Shown: positions 29,525 through 39,822 of the stretch, in pieces | Numbering within the stretch: the first letter of the stretch is position 1 | Layout of the letters: every line of letters starts with the position of its first letter | Source of the DNA: an uncultured bacterium | GTDB taxonomy: Bacteria > Cyanobacteriota > Cyanobacteriia > CAZCXK01 | NCBI GenBank assembly: GCA_964502605.1 | Contig: CAZCXK010000013.1 | Location: forward strand, 703-64,702 | Direction of reading: 5' to 3' | Length of the DNA stretch: 64,000 nucleotides | Notes under the pieces: model-generated | Databases searched by the model: none | The model's input: only the letters and a program-made list of their open reading frames with translations | What the model was told of the DNA's origin: nothing | Position numbers and translations under genes: made by a program

Positions 29525-29884
29525 ATGACAAAAGCAATCGTTAACTTATCACTCCCATTGGTCATGCAAGAGGCCGAAGCGGTGCTTGAGACCTATCCAC
29601 ATCATCCATATCGGCAGGCTTTTTCGATTCCAGACATGCGGCAAAAGCTGATTTGCTATGTCTTAAGTCGGATGCCCGGTCTTTACACAGTTGTTGAAGA
29701 AACAGAACGATCGCTCATGAACACGACCTCGATGTGTTCCTCGTTAGATGATCGCAAATGCCAGATTGAAACCCTCATCCGCCAGGGCATTCAGTCAATT
29801 TTGAATGAACATTTAGATTGGGTCGATCGGCATATCCCTGAAGAGACCGAATCTCGCCAAATGCCGTCTAGCTGGTTTGGCTAA
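29525..29884 (+). CDS. ComFB-family (late competence development protein-like) small protein
   Basis: KAIVNLSLPLVMQEAEAVLETYPHHPYRQAFSIPDMRQKLICYVLSRMPGLY resembles the ComFB pattern (N-x-E-x-V...RLPPLY). ATG at 29525; the track start at 29444 is probably over-extended. Confidence 0.5.
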   Translation: MTKAIVNLSLPLVMQEAEAVLETYPHHPYRQAFSIPDMRQKLICYVLSRMPGLYTVVEETERSLMNTTSMCSSLDDRKCQIETLIRQGIQSILNEHLDWVDRHIPEETESRQMPSSWFG

Positions 29885-30041
29885 AGGGCACGCGTTGAAA
29901 GTGGCGGGTATCTCGATTAAAAAGTTCGGTTCCGAGGCTATTCGTAACCTGCAACGGCCAGTTATCTTCTTTATAAAGGTAGACGTAGGAGCACGATTCT
30001 AACGTTACCGATCCAAACGATATGAGCCGTTCGCGGGATGG

Positions 30042-31739
30042 ATGTCTGTGTATCAGCGGTACTTACCAACCCTTTCTGAAATTATTGCTCTCAAAGAGCC
30101 AGGGCAGCGGCGATTTGCAGCACTCTCAGTCCAGCAGGCCGATCGGTCGGCCCGAGAATGGTATGGGGCGATCGCTGCGTTAAATATGCTGCTGCAGCAG
30201 TCAATTGAGGGGGGCGTTCATGCCGACATTGGCGTTAACGCAGATCCGGGGCTAGAAGCAGATGCTGATGGGGTCAGCCCTTCGATTGAGGGGGTGGTGC
30301 TATCGGGGCCATTACCGGTTCTGATTCATCCATGGCTGGTTTCGCGATTTTCAGTATGGACGTTGAGATCAGAAAGCTCATTGGCAGGCTTGTGGTCGCC
30401 CCTGCATCTTTTACCTGCCGCAGAGGAAGCCTTTGCGGCTTTTTCGCCAACGACTTTGCCTTTGGCAGATGGTGATCCGCTGACGCAAGAACAATTTTGT
30501 TTGGTACTAACGCCTGACTTTTGCCTAGTGATGGCGCTGCAAGACTCTAATTCTGATGCACCTGCCTTTCAGTTTTCGTTTAATCCAGAAGTGGTTTGGC
30601 AGACCTGGCGATCGCTCCAGTCTCGGTTGCAGACGACGGTTCCCCATATGCTCAACCGACTCAATGTGTTAGTTGAGCAGTTTGCTCCCGTCATGCCTAG
30701 CTATCGCACAGTTGCCGATTTTGCTCATCTGATTTTAGATTTTCTGCCTGACCCGATCGAATGGAAGCCAGTTGCCCATGAACGGCATAGCGCCCCCCTG
30801 CGTTCAGAGCAGCTTGGCATAGAGCCTAGGTCAGGGGTGGCGTCAAATCGCAATCGGGGCGATCGCTTCAAAGTGAAGCCTGCCCTGTGGGATGGTGACT
30901 CTGATGACAATCAAGTGGTTAATCCTGTAGCCAGTGCTGCTAAACTCGGAACCGCTCTAGAGGATTTGACGACCATCAAGCCTACATCTGATGCCGAATT
31001 ACTGGAGGCGATCGCCCATGAAGTTCGCACTCCGCTGACTACGATCCGTACGCTGACGCGACTTCTGTTAAAGCGCCAAGATTTAGGGGCAGACGTTGTG
31101 CGTCGGCTAGAAGCCATTGACCGAGAATGCACCAAGCAAATCGATCGATTTAGCCTGATTTTTCATGCGGTTGAGCTAGAAACCCGATCATCCCATCGAC
31201 CCGTTAGCCCCTTAGCAAAAATTTCTGTCGCGCAGGTCTTTCAACAAAATATTCCTCGCTGGCAGCAACAGGTGCAGCAGCGCAATCTGACTCTGGATGT
31301 CGTCTTGCCTCAAAAGCTACCAATGGTGATGAGTGATCCCACGATCTTAAACCAAGTTTTAACGGGTCTCATCGACCGAATCACCAGCACCTTGCCCTCA
31401 GGTAGCCACATTCAGGTGCGTGTGATGCCTGCCGGAAATCAGCTGAAGCTCCAGTTTTATTCTCAGCTGCAGCCACTTAATCCATCTATCCCCAATGGGT
31501 CTGCGCCTCATCCCCCCCCTAGCGCTCCAAATGTCTTGCCCAAATTTACCTCAACCCTCAAGTCTGTTGGTCACTTGCTCATGTTTCAACCCGAAACCGG
31601 GAACGTTAGTCTGAATCTGGCTGTAACCAAAAATCTGTTTCAGGCGCTGGGTGGCAAGCTTACAGTGCGCCAACATCCCCAACAAGGCGAAGTGTTGACA
31701 ATCTTTTTGCCATTGGACGGGCCGGGTTTATTGGCCTAG
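30042..31739 (+). CDS. Sensor histidine kinase (cytoplasmic, uncharacterised N-terminal sensor region)
   Basis: H-box EAIAHEVRTPLTTIRTLTRLL. C-terminal HATPase_c segments (NLAVTKNLFQALGGKLTV). Confidence 0.7.
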   Translation: MSVYQRYLPTLSEIIALKEPGQRRFAALSVQQADRSAREWYGAIAALNMLLQQSIEGGVHADIGVNADPGLEADADGVSPSIEGVVLSGPLPVLIHPWLVSRFSVWTLRSESSLAGLWSPLHLLPAAEEAFAAFSPTTLPLADGDPLTQEQFCLVLTPDFCLVMALQDSNSDAPAFQFSFNPEVVWQTWRSLQSRLQTTVPHMLNRLNVLVEQFAPVMPSYRTVADFAHLILDFLPDPIEWKPVAHERHSAPLRSEQLGIEPRSGVASNRNRGDRFKVKPALWDGDSDDNQVVNPVASAAKLGTALEDLTTIKPTSDAELLEAIAHEVRTPLTTIRTLTRLLLKRQDLGADVVRRLEAIDRECTKQIDRFSLIFHAVELETRSSHRPVSPLAKISVAQVFQQNIPRWQQQVQQRNLTLDVVLPQKLPMVMSDPTILNQVLTGLIDRITSTLPSGSHIQVRVMPAGNQLKLQFYSQLQPLNPSIPNGSAPHPPPSAPNVLPKFTSTLKSVGHLLMFQPETGNVSLNLAVTKNLFQALGGKLTVRQHPQQGEVLTIFLPLDGPGLLA

Positions 31740-31796
31740 TGAGGAGATAAACCATGACTAAAGTTATGAACTAAATGTATGATTGGCTGCAGCGAC

Positions 31797-33476
31797 TTAC
31801 TCACCCCCAAATTGCGATCGCAACTCTTCAATGCGGGCATCGTCTAGCTTTTGAAACAGCGGCGGCGGCACGTCAAATGCTCGATGAGGCTGTAATACAG
31901 AAAAATCAACCACGGCTGCCAACGGAGTATGACGCTCAGCCTCAGAAAGCTGAAGGGCGTCAAAAACTATCTTTGCTGTAAATGGAATGAACGGAGCCGA
32001 GGCGATCGCATAGATGCGAATCAAGTTGATGCAGGTGCGGATCACCATTGCCGCCTGATCCGGGTCTTGCTTAAACAGACTCCAGGGCGCTTGCACGTCG
32101 ATATATTGGTTGCCTACCGTCCACAAGCTACATAGCGTATCCGCCGCCTTCCGAAATTCAAGTCGGTGCAAGCAGTCTCGCATGACCTCAATTTTTGCGA
32201 TGCAGTCAGCCTCTAATTGCTGCTCTGCAATACCGGGCTGCCCTCCCGCTGGAATTTGCCCCCCAAATCGCGACGCAGCAAATTTGAGAATGCGGTTGAT
32301 AAAGTTGCCTAAGTTATCAGCTAAATCTTTATTTACCTTGGTTTGCAAATGTTCCCAGGTAAACGCAGAATCAGACGATTCGGGCGCACTTGCCATCAAG
32401 GTATAGCGCCAGTAGTCAGCAGGCAACACGTCCAGAGCTTGGTCGAGAAACACGCCGCGCTTTGAGCTCGTAGAAAACTTACCGCCGTAGTAATTGAGCC
32501 AGTTAAACCCTTTAATGTAGTCGGCTAACGCCCATGGCTCCTTCGTCCCCAAAATCATGGCGGGCCACATAATCGTGTGAAAGGGCAAATTGTCCTTTGC
32601 CATAAACTGGGTATACCGTACCTCATCAGGGTTTTGCCACCAGTCAAGCCAATTACGGCCTTCAGCCTCAGCCCCCCAGGCCTTCGTTGCAGCTATATAG
32701 CCAATTGGCGCATCAAACCAGACATAAAACACCTTCGTCTCAAACCCAGGCCGAGGGACTGGTACACCCCAACTCAAGTCACGGGTAATGCAGCGACTTT
32801 GCAGCCCTTCATTCAACCACTTCATCGCAATAGATTTCGTCAGCAGAGGCCAGTCGCTATGGCGCTCGACCCACTGCCGCACATCATCACTCAGCGAACC
32901 CAGCTTGAGAAACAGATGTTTGCTCTGACGAATTTCCAAGTTGGTGCTGCCAGAAATTGCCGAACGCGGCTCGATTAAATCTGTTGGGTTCAACACAGAG
33001 GTGCAGTTTTCACATTGATCGCCTCTAGCTGCTTGATAGCCACACTTTGGGCATGTGCCAATGACATAGCGATCTGGCAAAAAGCGCTGATCGGCTAACG
33101 AATACATCTGGCTGATTTCCCGTTCTTCGATGAGCCCATTCTCATCTAGCTGCTGATAAAAGTGCTGGGTCAGCTCACGGTTTTCTGGAGATGAAGTACG
33201 GCCAAAATAATCAAATGACAGGCCAAATCGAGCGTAGACATCCGATTGGCGTTCATACTGACGTTGACAATATGTGGCAACGTCAAGCCCTGCTTCTAAC
33301 GCCGCCAATTCAGCAGGGGTGCCGTGCTCATCCGTGCCGCAAACATAGAGGACGGTTTCTCCTTCTTGCCTTAAAAACCGCGCATACACATCGGCTGGTA
33401 GCATCGAACCTACTAAATTGCCGAGGTGCTTAATGCCATTAATGTAGGGCAGTGCGCTGGTAATGAGATACTGCAT
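31797..33476 (-). CDS. metG: Methionine--tRNA ligase
   Basis: HIGH-type motif PYINGIKHLGN, KMSKS-type KFSTSSK, zinc knuckle CPKCGYQAARGDQCENC. Confidence 0.9.
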   Translation of the reverse strand: MQYLITSALPYINGIKHLGNLVGSMLPADVYARFLRQEGETVLYVCGTDEHGTPAELAALEAGLDVATYCQRQYERQSDVYARFGLSFDYFGRTSSPENRELTQHFYQQLDENGLIEEREISQMYSLADQRFLPDRYVIGTCPKCGYQAARGDQCENCTSVLNPTDLIEPRSAISGSTNLEIRQSKHLFLKLGSLSDDVRQWVERHSDWPLLTKSIAMKWLNEGLQSRCITRDLSWGVPVPRPGFETKVFYVWFDAPIGYIAATKAWGAEAEGRNWLDWWQNPDEVRYTQFMAKDNLPFHTIMWPAMILGTKEPWALADYIKGFNWLNYYGGKFSTSSKRGVFLDQALDVLPADYWRYTLMASAPESSDSAFTWEHLQTKVNKDLADNLGNFINRILKFAASRFGGQIPAGGQPGIAEQQLEADCIAKIEVMRDCLHRLEFRKAADTLCSLWTVGNQYIDVQAPWSLFKQDPDQAAMVIRTCINLIRIYAIASAPFIPFTAKIVFDALQLSEAERHTPLAAVVDFSVLQPHRAFDVPPPLFQKLDDARIEELRSQFGGE

Positions 33477-33588
33477 AAATCTGAAATTAGAGCCTCATGT
33501 TCTAGAAACCAGACGATTAAAAAGGCAGAGTAAAGGAATGATGCTCTCTAGAATCAATAGCGTGGAGGTTTGTAAGTCCTGCAGCTAA

Positions 33589-34737
33589 TCAGGCAGCTTC
33601 TAGATCTGCGTTGGCTCGCTTTCGAAGTAATTCGGTGATGGACGCCTTTTCTAGAAGGCCGACCAATGCTCCATTTTCTTGGGTTACGGCGAGGGACGTC
33701 AACTGCTGCTCCTCTAACATGCCGATAACTTCGATCAGCGGCTTAGTTGAAGCAACGGTGTTGAGTTGCTCTACTGGCTGCATTAAATCGCGGACAGACA
33801 CATTCCACCAGTCAGTAGTCGGCACTGTTTTCATCGCGTCTAAATCAATATCGCCAATGACTTTACCATCAGCATCGGTCACAAGATATTTTCGCCAACT
33901 TAAGTCACTACCGATAATGTGGTTGTTTGCCAGCTCGCGCAGAGAAATATCAGCCGACACAATGGGGCTCTTGGCATATACTGCATCCGCTGCTGTCAAC
34001 CCGCTAAGCTGTTCTTGAATGGCTGCAGATTGAGCCGACCGGCCTGCATTTTGCAACAAGAACCAGCCAATCAGCAGTGTCCAGATGCTGCCAATCGGGC
34101 GTAGCCCAACCAACGTACTAAAGCCAAGTACAGAGTCAAGCCCTATGACGATACCAACCCAACCAAAAAACTGCCCAACTCGACTAGCAAACGCAATGCC
34201 TCGATAGGGTTTGCCAGTGATTTGCCAGACGATAGACTTGAGCACGTTGCCGCCATCAAGTGGCAAGCCTGGAATCAGATTAAATGCCCCTAAAGCCAAA
34301 TTGATATAGGCCAAGACCGCGATCATTGCAGCCAGCGGCCCAGACACCCCAGTGAACAGGCTCAAGACGGTGAATACGCCAAATAAGGCAAAGCTTACCA
34401 ACGGGCCAGCGATCGCCACTAAGAACGACTGCAGCGGCGTTTTTGATTCTTCGCTCAAGCTAGCCAGACCGCCAAAAATGAACAGCGTAATTGACTTTAC
34501 TTCAATGCCCTGACTCATCGCCACCACGCTATGACCCAGCTCATGGGCCAGCACAGATGAAAACAGCAGTAGCGCTGTGATCATACCCAACAGCCAGGGC
34601 AACACTCCATTCAGCTCTGGGAATTGAGCGAGGTCGCCACCGTAAACCAGTGTTACCAGCCCAAATACAATGAACCACGATGGGTTAATAAAGAAGGGAA
34701 TCCCAAACAGGTTTCCTACGCGAATATTGCTGTTCAT
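33589..34737 (-). CDS. Site-2 protease (M50) family zinc metalloprotease with CBS domains
   Basis: HELGHSVVA (HExxH) in a TM helix; multiple TM helices; C-terminal CBS pair. Confidence 0.8.
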   Translation of the reverse strand: MNSNIRVGNLFGIPFFINPSWFIVFGLVTLVYGGDLAQFPELNGVLPWLLGMITALLLFSSVLAHELGHSVVAMSQGIEVKSITLFIFGGLASLSEESKTPLQSFLVAIAGPLVSFALFGVFTVLSLFTGVSGPLAAMIAVLAYINLALGAFNLIPGLPLDGGNVLKSIVWQITGKPYRGIAFASRVGQFFGWVGIVIGLDSVLGFSTLVGLRPIGSIWTLLIGWFLLQNAGRSAQSAAIQEQLSGLTAADAVYAKSPIVSADISLRELANNHIIGSDLSWRKYLVTDADGKVIGDIDLDAMKTVPTTDWWNVSVRDLMQPVEQLNTVASTKPLIEVIGMLEEQQLTSLAVTQENGALVGLLEKASITELLRKRANADLEAA

Positions 34738-35023
34738 AAAATGACCTCTCGCCCTCCAGTTATCGAGCGATGCTTCCAGAACGCTTAATCAACGTGCCAT
34801 GAAACATCTAGTTTTACTGTAACGAAATATAAAGACGACTTAATCTGCCACGGGATGTAATAGCCGCAATTAATCGTTCGGTATATACACCCTAACCCTT
34901 TCAAATCAGCTATCTCTTAGCGCTTTACATCACATACCTACTAACCTCGAACTGGCAGGATTGTGTGCTTCGACAGGTTAGACTTTGCATGATCCTATCA
35001 TTGCCGCTGCGGATTGCTTCCAT

Positions 35024-35343
35024 TCATGGCCATAACCGCCGTAACTGTCGCAGTTGAAAGATGGCAAACCCAGACAGAAGCACCGCAATGATATCAATCG
35101 AGAGAATGAGCCGAGTGTATCGACCAAAATTTTGAGGAGCCGCGCAAGCTGCGCCAGGGTCAGGGTCAGGGTTGCATAGAACTGAGTTCAGTACAATCCA
35201 GGGGAGTGTGCCAAAGATCCAGATTACTGAAAGCAGCAGCACCCCAACAAACAGCACAATATACTTAAGATCAGTATGAAACAACGTCCGTAACGCAGAT
35301 TTCACGGCAGTAGAAACGTCGGGTTTTTGGGGATGATGAACCA
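35024..35343 (-). CDS. Small membrane protein, hypothetical
   Basis: MVHHPQKPDVSTAVK... plus two TM helices. The upstream part of the track ORF overlaps alr and is probably not coding. Confidence 0.35.
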
Positions 35344-35355
35344 TGATGAATCTGC

Positions 35356-36627
35356 TCAGAGTTTTAGTGACAGCTCGGTTGCAGCCTGAACTATTGAATG
35401 GGGTAACTGCGATACACCTGCGACCATTCGGCGCGGCTGAGATGGATGAATTCGAGACACCACTTCGTAGTTGATGGTGCCCATCCAAGCGGCGAGCTGT
35501 TCGGCACTAATCCGTTCGTCGCCATCGCCTCCCAAGAGGGTAGCGATCGCCCCAGGCACCACATCAGCAATATGAGTCACATCGACCATCATCATATTCA
35601 TGCAAATGCGCCCACAGACTGGGGCTCTTTGGCCATGAATCAGAACGTAGCTCAGGTTAGAAAGCCGCCGGTCATAGCCTTCGTGATAGCCCAACGGCAA
35701 AACGGCGATTGTCATCGGGTGTGTGGCTCGAAAGGTTCGACCATAGCTGATATAGCCGCCGACTTCAACCTGTTTGACCTGCGCCACCCGGGTTCGCCAT
35801 GATAAGACGGGTTGCAAATTAGGAATAAACCCACCATTGGGGCGATCGCTAGCCGTTTGCAATACCGTGGCGTAAGTTTCAGTAGATGGCCACAGCCCAT
35901 AGGCAGCAATGCCAACCCGTACCAAGTTTCCATGGGCTTCGGGCCAGAGGATGGTGGCTGCAGAATTAGCCGAATGCACCATTGGCACAGCAAACCCTGC
36001 CTGATGAAAGGCTTGCTGTGCTTGCTTTAGCTGGGTTAGCTGCTGCTGAGCAAACTGATGATTAGTCGTATCTTCAATATCAGCATAATGCGTTGCAATG
36101 CCTTCTAGCACCAGACCATCAAGCTCAGACACCAGTTGTGCTAGCCGTAATGCGTCTTCCAATGGCAACCCCTGGCGATGGGTTCCGGTTTCAATCTTGA
36201 GATGCACGGGGACTAATCGTCCAAGCTGTAGCGCTGCGTGGTTCAAGGCTTTGGCAACCTCAGCATCATAGAGCACCAAACGCGCTCCCGTCTCAGCCAC
36301 CATGTGCGCTTGCGCCACTGAGACATTGCCACAGATATAAATAGGGGCATTGATTCCTGCCGCTCGAAGCGCCACCGCCTCATAGGCAAAGTTGACGATC
36401 AGCCAATCGGCTCCGGCTGCCAAAAATTCACGAGCGCAAGGGCTGAGGCCATGACCAAATGCATCCGCCTTGACGACTACACCCAGCTTGACTCCCGCTC
36501 CAATGCGGCGGCGCAGCATCGCCACATTCGATTGGATGGCATCACGCGAAACTTCGCACCAAGATGAAGACTCTGGCTCAATTCCTTGTGAGGCGTCATG
36601 ATCCATACTGCTGCTCCTAGCCGACAT
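35356..36627 (-). CDS. alr: Alanine racemase
   Basis: PLP-lysine motif VVKADAFGHG. Length and fold-typical C-terminus. Confidence 0.85.
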   Translation of the reverse strand: MSARSSSMDHDASQGIEPESSSWCEVSRDAIQSNVAMLRRRIGAGVKLGVVVKADAFGHGLSPCAREFLAAGADWLIVNFAYEAVALRAAGINAPIYICGNVSVAQAHMVAETGARLVLYDAEVAKALNHAALQLGRLVPVHLKIETGTHRQGLPLEDALRLAQLVSELDGLVLEGIATHYADIEDTTNHQFAQQQLTQLKQAQQAFHQAGFAVPMVHSANSAATILWPEAHGNLVRVGIAAYGLWPSTETYATVLQTASDRPNGGFIPNLQPVLSWRTRVAQVKQVEVGGYISYGRTFRATHPMTIAVLPLGYHEGYDRRLSNLSYVLIHGQRAPVCGRICMNMMMVDVTHIADVVPGAIATLLGGDGDERISAEQLAAWMGTINYEVVSRIHPSQPRRMVAGVSQLPHSIVQAATELSLKL

Positions 36628-36827
36628 TTCCCATCAGTCTAGACTAACTCCGAGATTTGGCAAGACGTTTGCACCCAGAGAGGAAAGCCAACAAACACTC
36701 CTTTTGAGGAAAATTCTCAGTGCGTTCGCAGAATGGCTCTCAAGCGGCGATGCCTGTCAACACATGTCAAGGAATAGGGATAACTTAGGACTTGACAGAT
36801 TTTCCTACCTGCCGATAGGATGTAAAC

Positions 36828-37406
36828 ATGAAACAGCCCGACACCAAAACCCTCATTCTTGATGTGGCTCAAGACTTGATTCAACGTCTAGGTGTAAATG
36901 GGATGAGCTATCAAGATATCAGTGAGCGCGTTGGCATTCGGAAAGCTAGCGTGCATACGCATTTCTCAAAAAAAGAGGATTTGCTGACGGCACTGCTGGA
37001 TCGGTATAGCGATCGCTTCTTGCGCATTGTTGATGGCATCCTGGCCTCCAACGACACCTCAGAGGTAAAACTGCGCCGCTATTGCGGCCTGTTTGAAGCC
37101 ACACTCAGCAGCGGCAACCAAGACAGAGCTTGTCTATGTGCCATGTTGGGGGCAGAGCTGGAAACCTTAAATTGTTCCTCAGTGGAGCGAGTGCATAGGT
37201 TTTACCAGGCCAACGAAGAACGTCTGGCAACGCTTCTTCATACAGGACGGCAGGATGGGAGTTTTCGCTTCCCTGGTGAGGTACAAGCAATGGCAGCGCT
37301 GATTTTTGGGTTGTTAGAGGGGGGCATGTTGGTGGCGCGAGTTCGGGGTGGAGCCAGTCAGTTTCACCAGATGATCGAGCAACTGATGCGATTGGTTAAC
37401 GGCTAA
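36828..37406 (+). CDS. TetR/AcrR family transcriptional regulator
   Basis: N-terminal HTH LILDVAQDLIQRLGVNGMSYQDISERVGIRKASVHTHFSKKEDL. Confidence 0.85.
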   Translation: MKQPDTKTLILDVAQDLIQRLGVNGMSYQDISERVGIRKASVHTHFSKKEDLLTALLDRYSDRFLRIVDGILASNDTSEVKLRRYCGLFEATLSSGNQDRACLCAMLGAELETLNCSSVERVHRFYQANEERLATLLHTGRQDGSFRFPGEVQAMAALIFGLLEGGMLVARVRGGASQFHQMIEQLMRLVNG

Positions 37407-37456
37407 TTTTTTTTAGTGATTAAACATCCAACTAGTAGGAAGTAGGTAGGTCAATT

Positions 37457-38152
37457 ATGGTAACGATTGGAATTTTAGGTGCCGGCAGAATGGGGGTGCG
37501 TTTAGCTCGGATGTTTGCCCATGCGGGGCAAGAGGTTGTTTTAGGCTCACGGTCTGTCAGTCGGGCTGAGCAGATTGCTGCAGGATTGGGGCTGGCAACA
37601 TTGATAGGTGGGAGTTATGAGGATGCGGCGAAAGCGGATGTCATTCTGCCTGCAATGTTCTTGCGAGATGGCATGTTAGAACTTCTAGAACCGTTGCGAA
37701 ATCACTTTGATGGCAAAGTGTATATCGACATTTCTAACCCGTTCAATGACACTTACACGGATTTCATCCTACCTTGGGACACCAGCGGATCTGAGCAGAT
37801 CCAGCATCGTTTTCCCAAAGTGCGGGTTGTTGGTGCTTTCAAAAATGTCTGGTGGGAGGTGTTTGATGCACCTACCTTTGGCGAAACCGTGAGCGATGTA
37901 TTTGTTGTCAGCGATGATGCAGATGCTAAAGTAACCGTTTTCAGGCTCGTGGAGCAGACGCCATTTCGATATATCGATGCAGGTCGGCTGACTAATGCCC
38001 GCACGATCGAGCGTATGACCCTGCTGAGTGGTGAATTAGGGCAACGTTATGAATACTTTCCGCGTATGAACTACAAGCTGTTGGGTGAGCGTTGGACTCC
38101 CGGACAATGCGATCGCCTTGCGACTCTGATTTCGGGCAACACGACAGTCTGA
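37457..38152 (+). CDS. NAD(P)-binding oxidoreductase (F420-dependent NADP reductase / ProC-like family)
   Basis: Rossmann motif IGILGAGRMGVRLARMFAHAGQEVVLGSRS. Confidence 0.6.
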   Translation: MVTIGILGAGRMGVRLARMFAHAGQEVVLGSRSVSRAEQIAAGLGLATLIGGSYEDAAKADVILPAMFLRDGMLELLEPLRNHFDGKVYIDISNPFNDTYTDFILPWDTSGSEQIQHRFPKVRVVGAFKNVWWEVFDAPTFGETVSDVFVVSDDADAKVTVFRLVEQTPFRYIDAGRLTNARTIERMTLLSGELGQRYEYFPRMNYKLLGERWTPGQCDRLATLISGNTTV

Positions 38153-38425
38153 GCGGTTTAATTTGAGCAGTTTAAACTGATTTAACCAACCGCTGGAGGC
38201 GGAGCCACTTCATGCGTTGCTGAACGTAGGGATGATGTGTAGCTATGAATTGAGTCTTCGCCTCAGCTATCGTAAGGTGGGCAAGGAGCTAGCTTTCTGC
38301 CCGTCACAACCTGATCGGAAATTCCGGTGAATTTGCGATCTACTGAGATTAGTGGAGCGGACAAGCCGTGACTGTATTACGGGAAGAACTGCTAACTGCC
38401 ACTCATCTGTTCTGTTCTGTTCTGT

Positions 38426-38830
38426 ATGGATGAAGCCAGCAAAGAACTCCATGGCCATCTCTATAAACCTATGGAGATGCAGCCTGGTGTTGATGCCAAG
38501 GAAAAGTTTCATTACACCCCTTCATGGGTGCAAGCGCTCTTTGTATTTTTGTTTCCCAATCGAGGGTGGCGACGGGGCAGTTGTCGCGATCGCCGCACAG
38601 CTAACGATTGGGCGGAGGAAGTCAAACACCTCTTGGAGGTGGACTACCCCGATGCACCTAAAATTCGGTTACTCTCGGATAATCTCAACACCCACACCAT
38701 TACCTCCCTGCACAAAACCTTTCCTGCTGAGGAGGCCCACCGTCTAGCCCTCCGGCGAATTGAACTGATCCATACTCCCCGTAATGGCAGTTGGCTCAAT
38801 GTCGCTGAAATTGAGTTGTGTTCTCTCTGA
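38426..38830 (+). pseudogene. IS630-family transposase, C-terminal fragment (truncated, adjacent frameshifted ORF)
   Basis: ...LSDNLNTHTITSLHKTFPAEEAHRLALRRIELIHTPRNGSWLNVAEIEL matches the IS630/Tc1 DDE C-terminal region (DN..H ... SWLN..E). The N-terminus is missing, and an overlapping out-of-frame ORF sits at 38352..38747. Confidence 0.6.
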
Positions 38831-39151
38831 GCAATGTTTGAAACGGCGGATTCCGATGGTGGAGGGGCTTACGCAGGAGATTGATGCTTGATAGAAGGAG
38901 CATCATGAAAGTGGGGCAACGGTGAATTCGCAATTCACGACTGATGGAGCCTCAAAGGATGCGCGAATCAAACTCAAGCACCTTTATCCTGTGTTTGAGG
39001 TCGATGATGAACTCGCTTCTAATCTACCCAATTAGCTGTGCCGCGCCACTAGCATAATTAAATGGGAGCATGAATCTGGAACGGGTGAACGCGAGAAAGT
39101 ATCGTGGGCTCAGTATCGCCAATACGATAGGCACAAGCAAACTCTTTCCCC

Positions 39152-39296
39152 CCTGGTTGCCTGACTGATCTTCGGAGTGGGGATTTCGGCTGCGCTCAAT
39201 CCACGTCGTTGTAGATACCTTAGGCAGAGCGCCATCGAAGTCTAAGGTACGGGAGAATAAGCCTTTCACGAGTTTTGTCAGCCAGCTAGGTGAGAA
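39152..39296. repeat. MITE-like dispersed repeat, copy B
   Basis: CCTGGTTGCCTGACTGATCTTCGGAGTGGGGATTTCGGCTGCGCTCAATCCACG...TTTTGTCAGCCAGC is highly similar to 7080..7216. Confidence 0.75.
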
Positions 39297-39310
39297 GCAC
39301 CGTCTAAGGA

Positions 39311-39805
39311 TTGAGCCGAAATGAAACATGCAAAAATCCCACTGTAAAAATTCCATTGGCAGAAATTTTTAATTGCGAGGAACTGATGGCCTACAGTGAT
39401 TTCACACGAGCTCAGGTGCAAGAAACGTTTGCTTTAGCAACTGAGGAAAACCAGAGGTTGTTTACCGAAGTCAAGCCAGTTCAGCCATCAGAGCGGTTGC
39501 TGATTGATCTGAACGAAAACAAGCCATTGGCGATCGCCATCAATAGCGAAAAAGCGCGATCGGAATTTTTGATTGCCCCAATTTTGGCAGAGGTGAGGCG
39601 GCAAACCCATTACCAAGCCAGCTTGGTTTCGGGAGTTGAGTTCATGCTTGATGCAGCACTGGGCTTAAAAGGATTCTGCGACTATATTCTCAGTCGATCA
39701 AAGGAACAGTATTACATCACGATCGAAGATTTTGAAGAAGACCCCAAAACCTCACCCATTAAAATCCAGAATTCCCGTAAAACGGCTGTAACTTGGGACG
39801 GGTAG
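39311..39805 (+). CDS. Hypothetical protein
   Basis: ORF immediately 3' of MITE copy B. The track start is a non-ATG codon (TTG); the first ATG (MAYSDFTRAQVQ) is ~75 nt in. No recognised motif. Confidence 0.4.
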   Translation: MSRNETCKNPTVKIPLAEIFNCEELMAYSDFTRAQVQETFALATEENQRLFTEVKPVQPSERLLIDLNENKPLAIAINSEKARSEFLIAPILAEVRRQTHYQASLVSGVEFMLDAALGLKGFCDYILSRSKEQYYITIEDFEEDPKTSPIKIQNSRKTAVTWDG

Positions 39806-39822
39806 CCCCCTAGGGTAGCACT

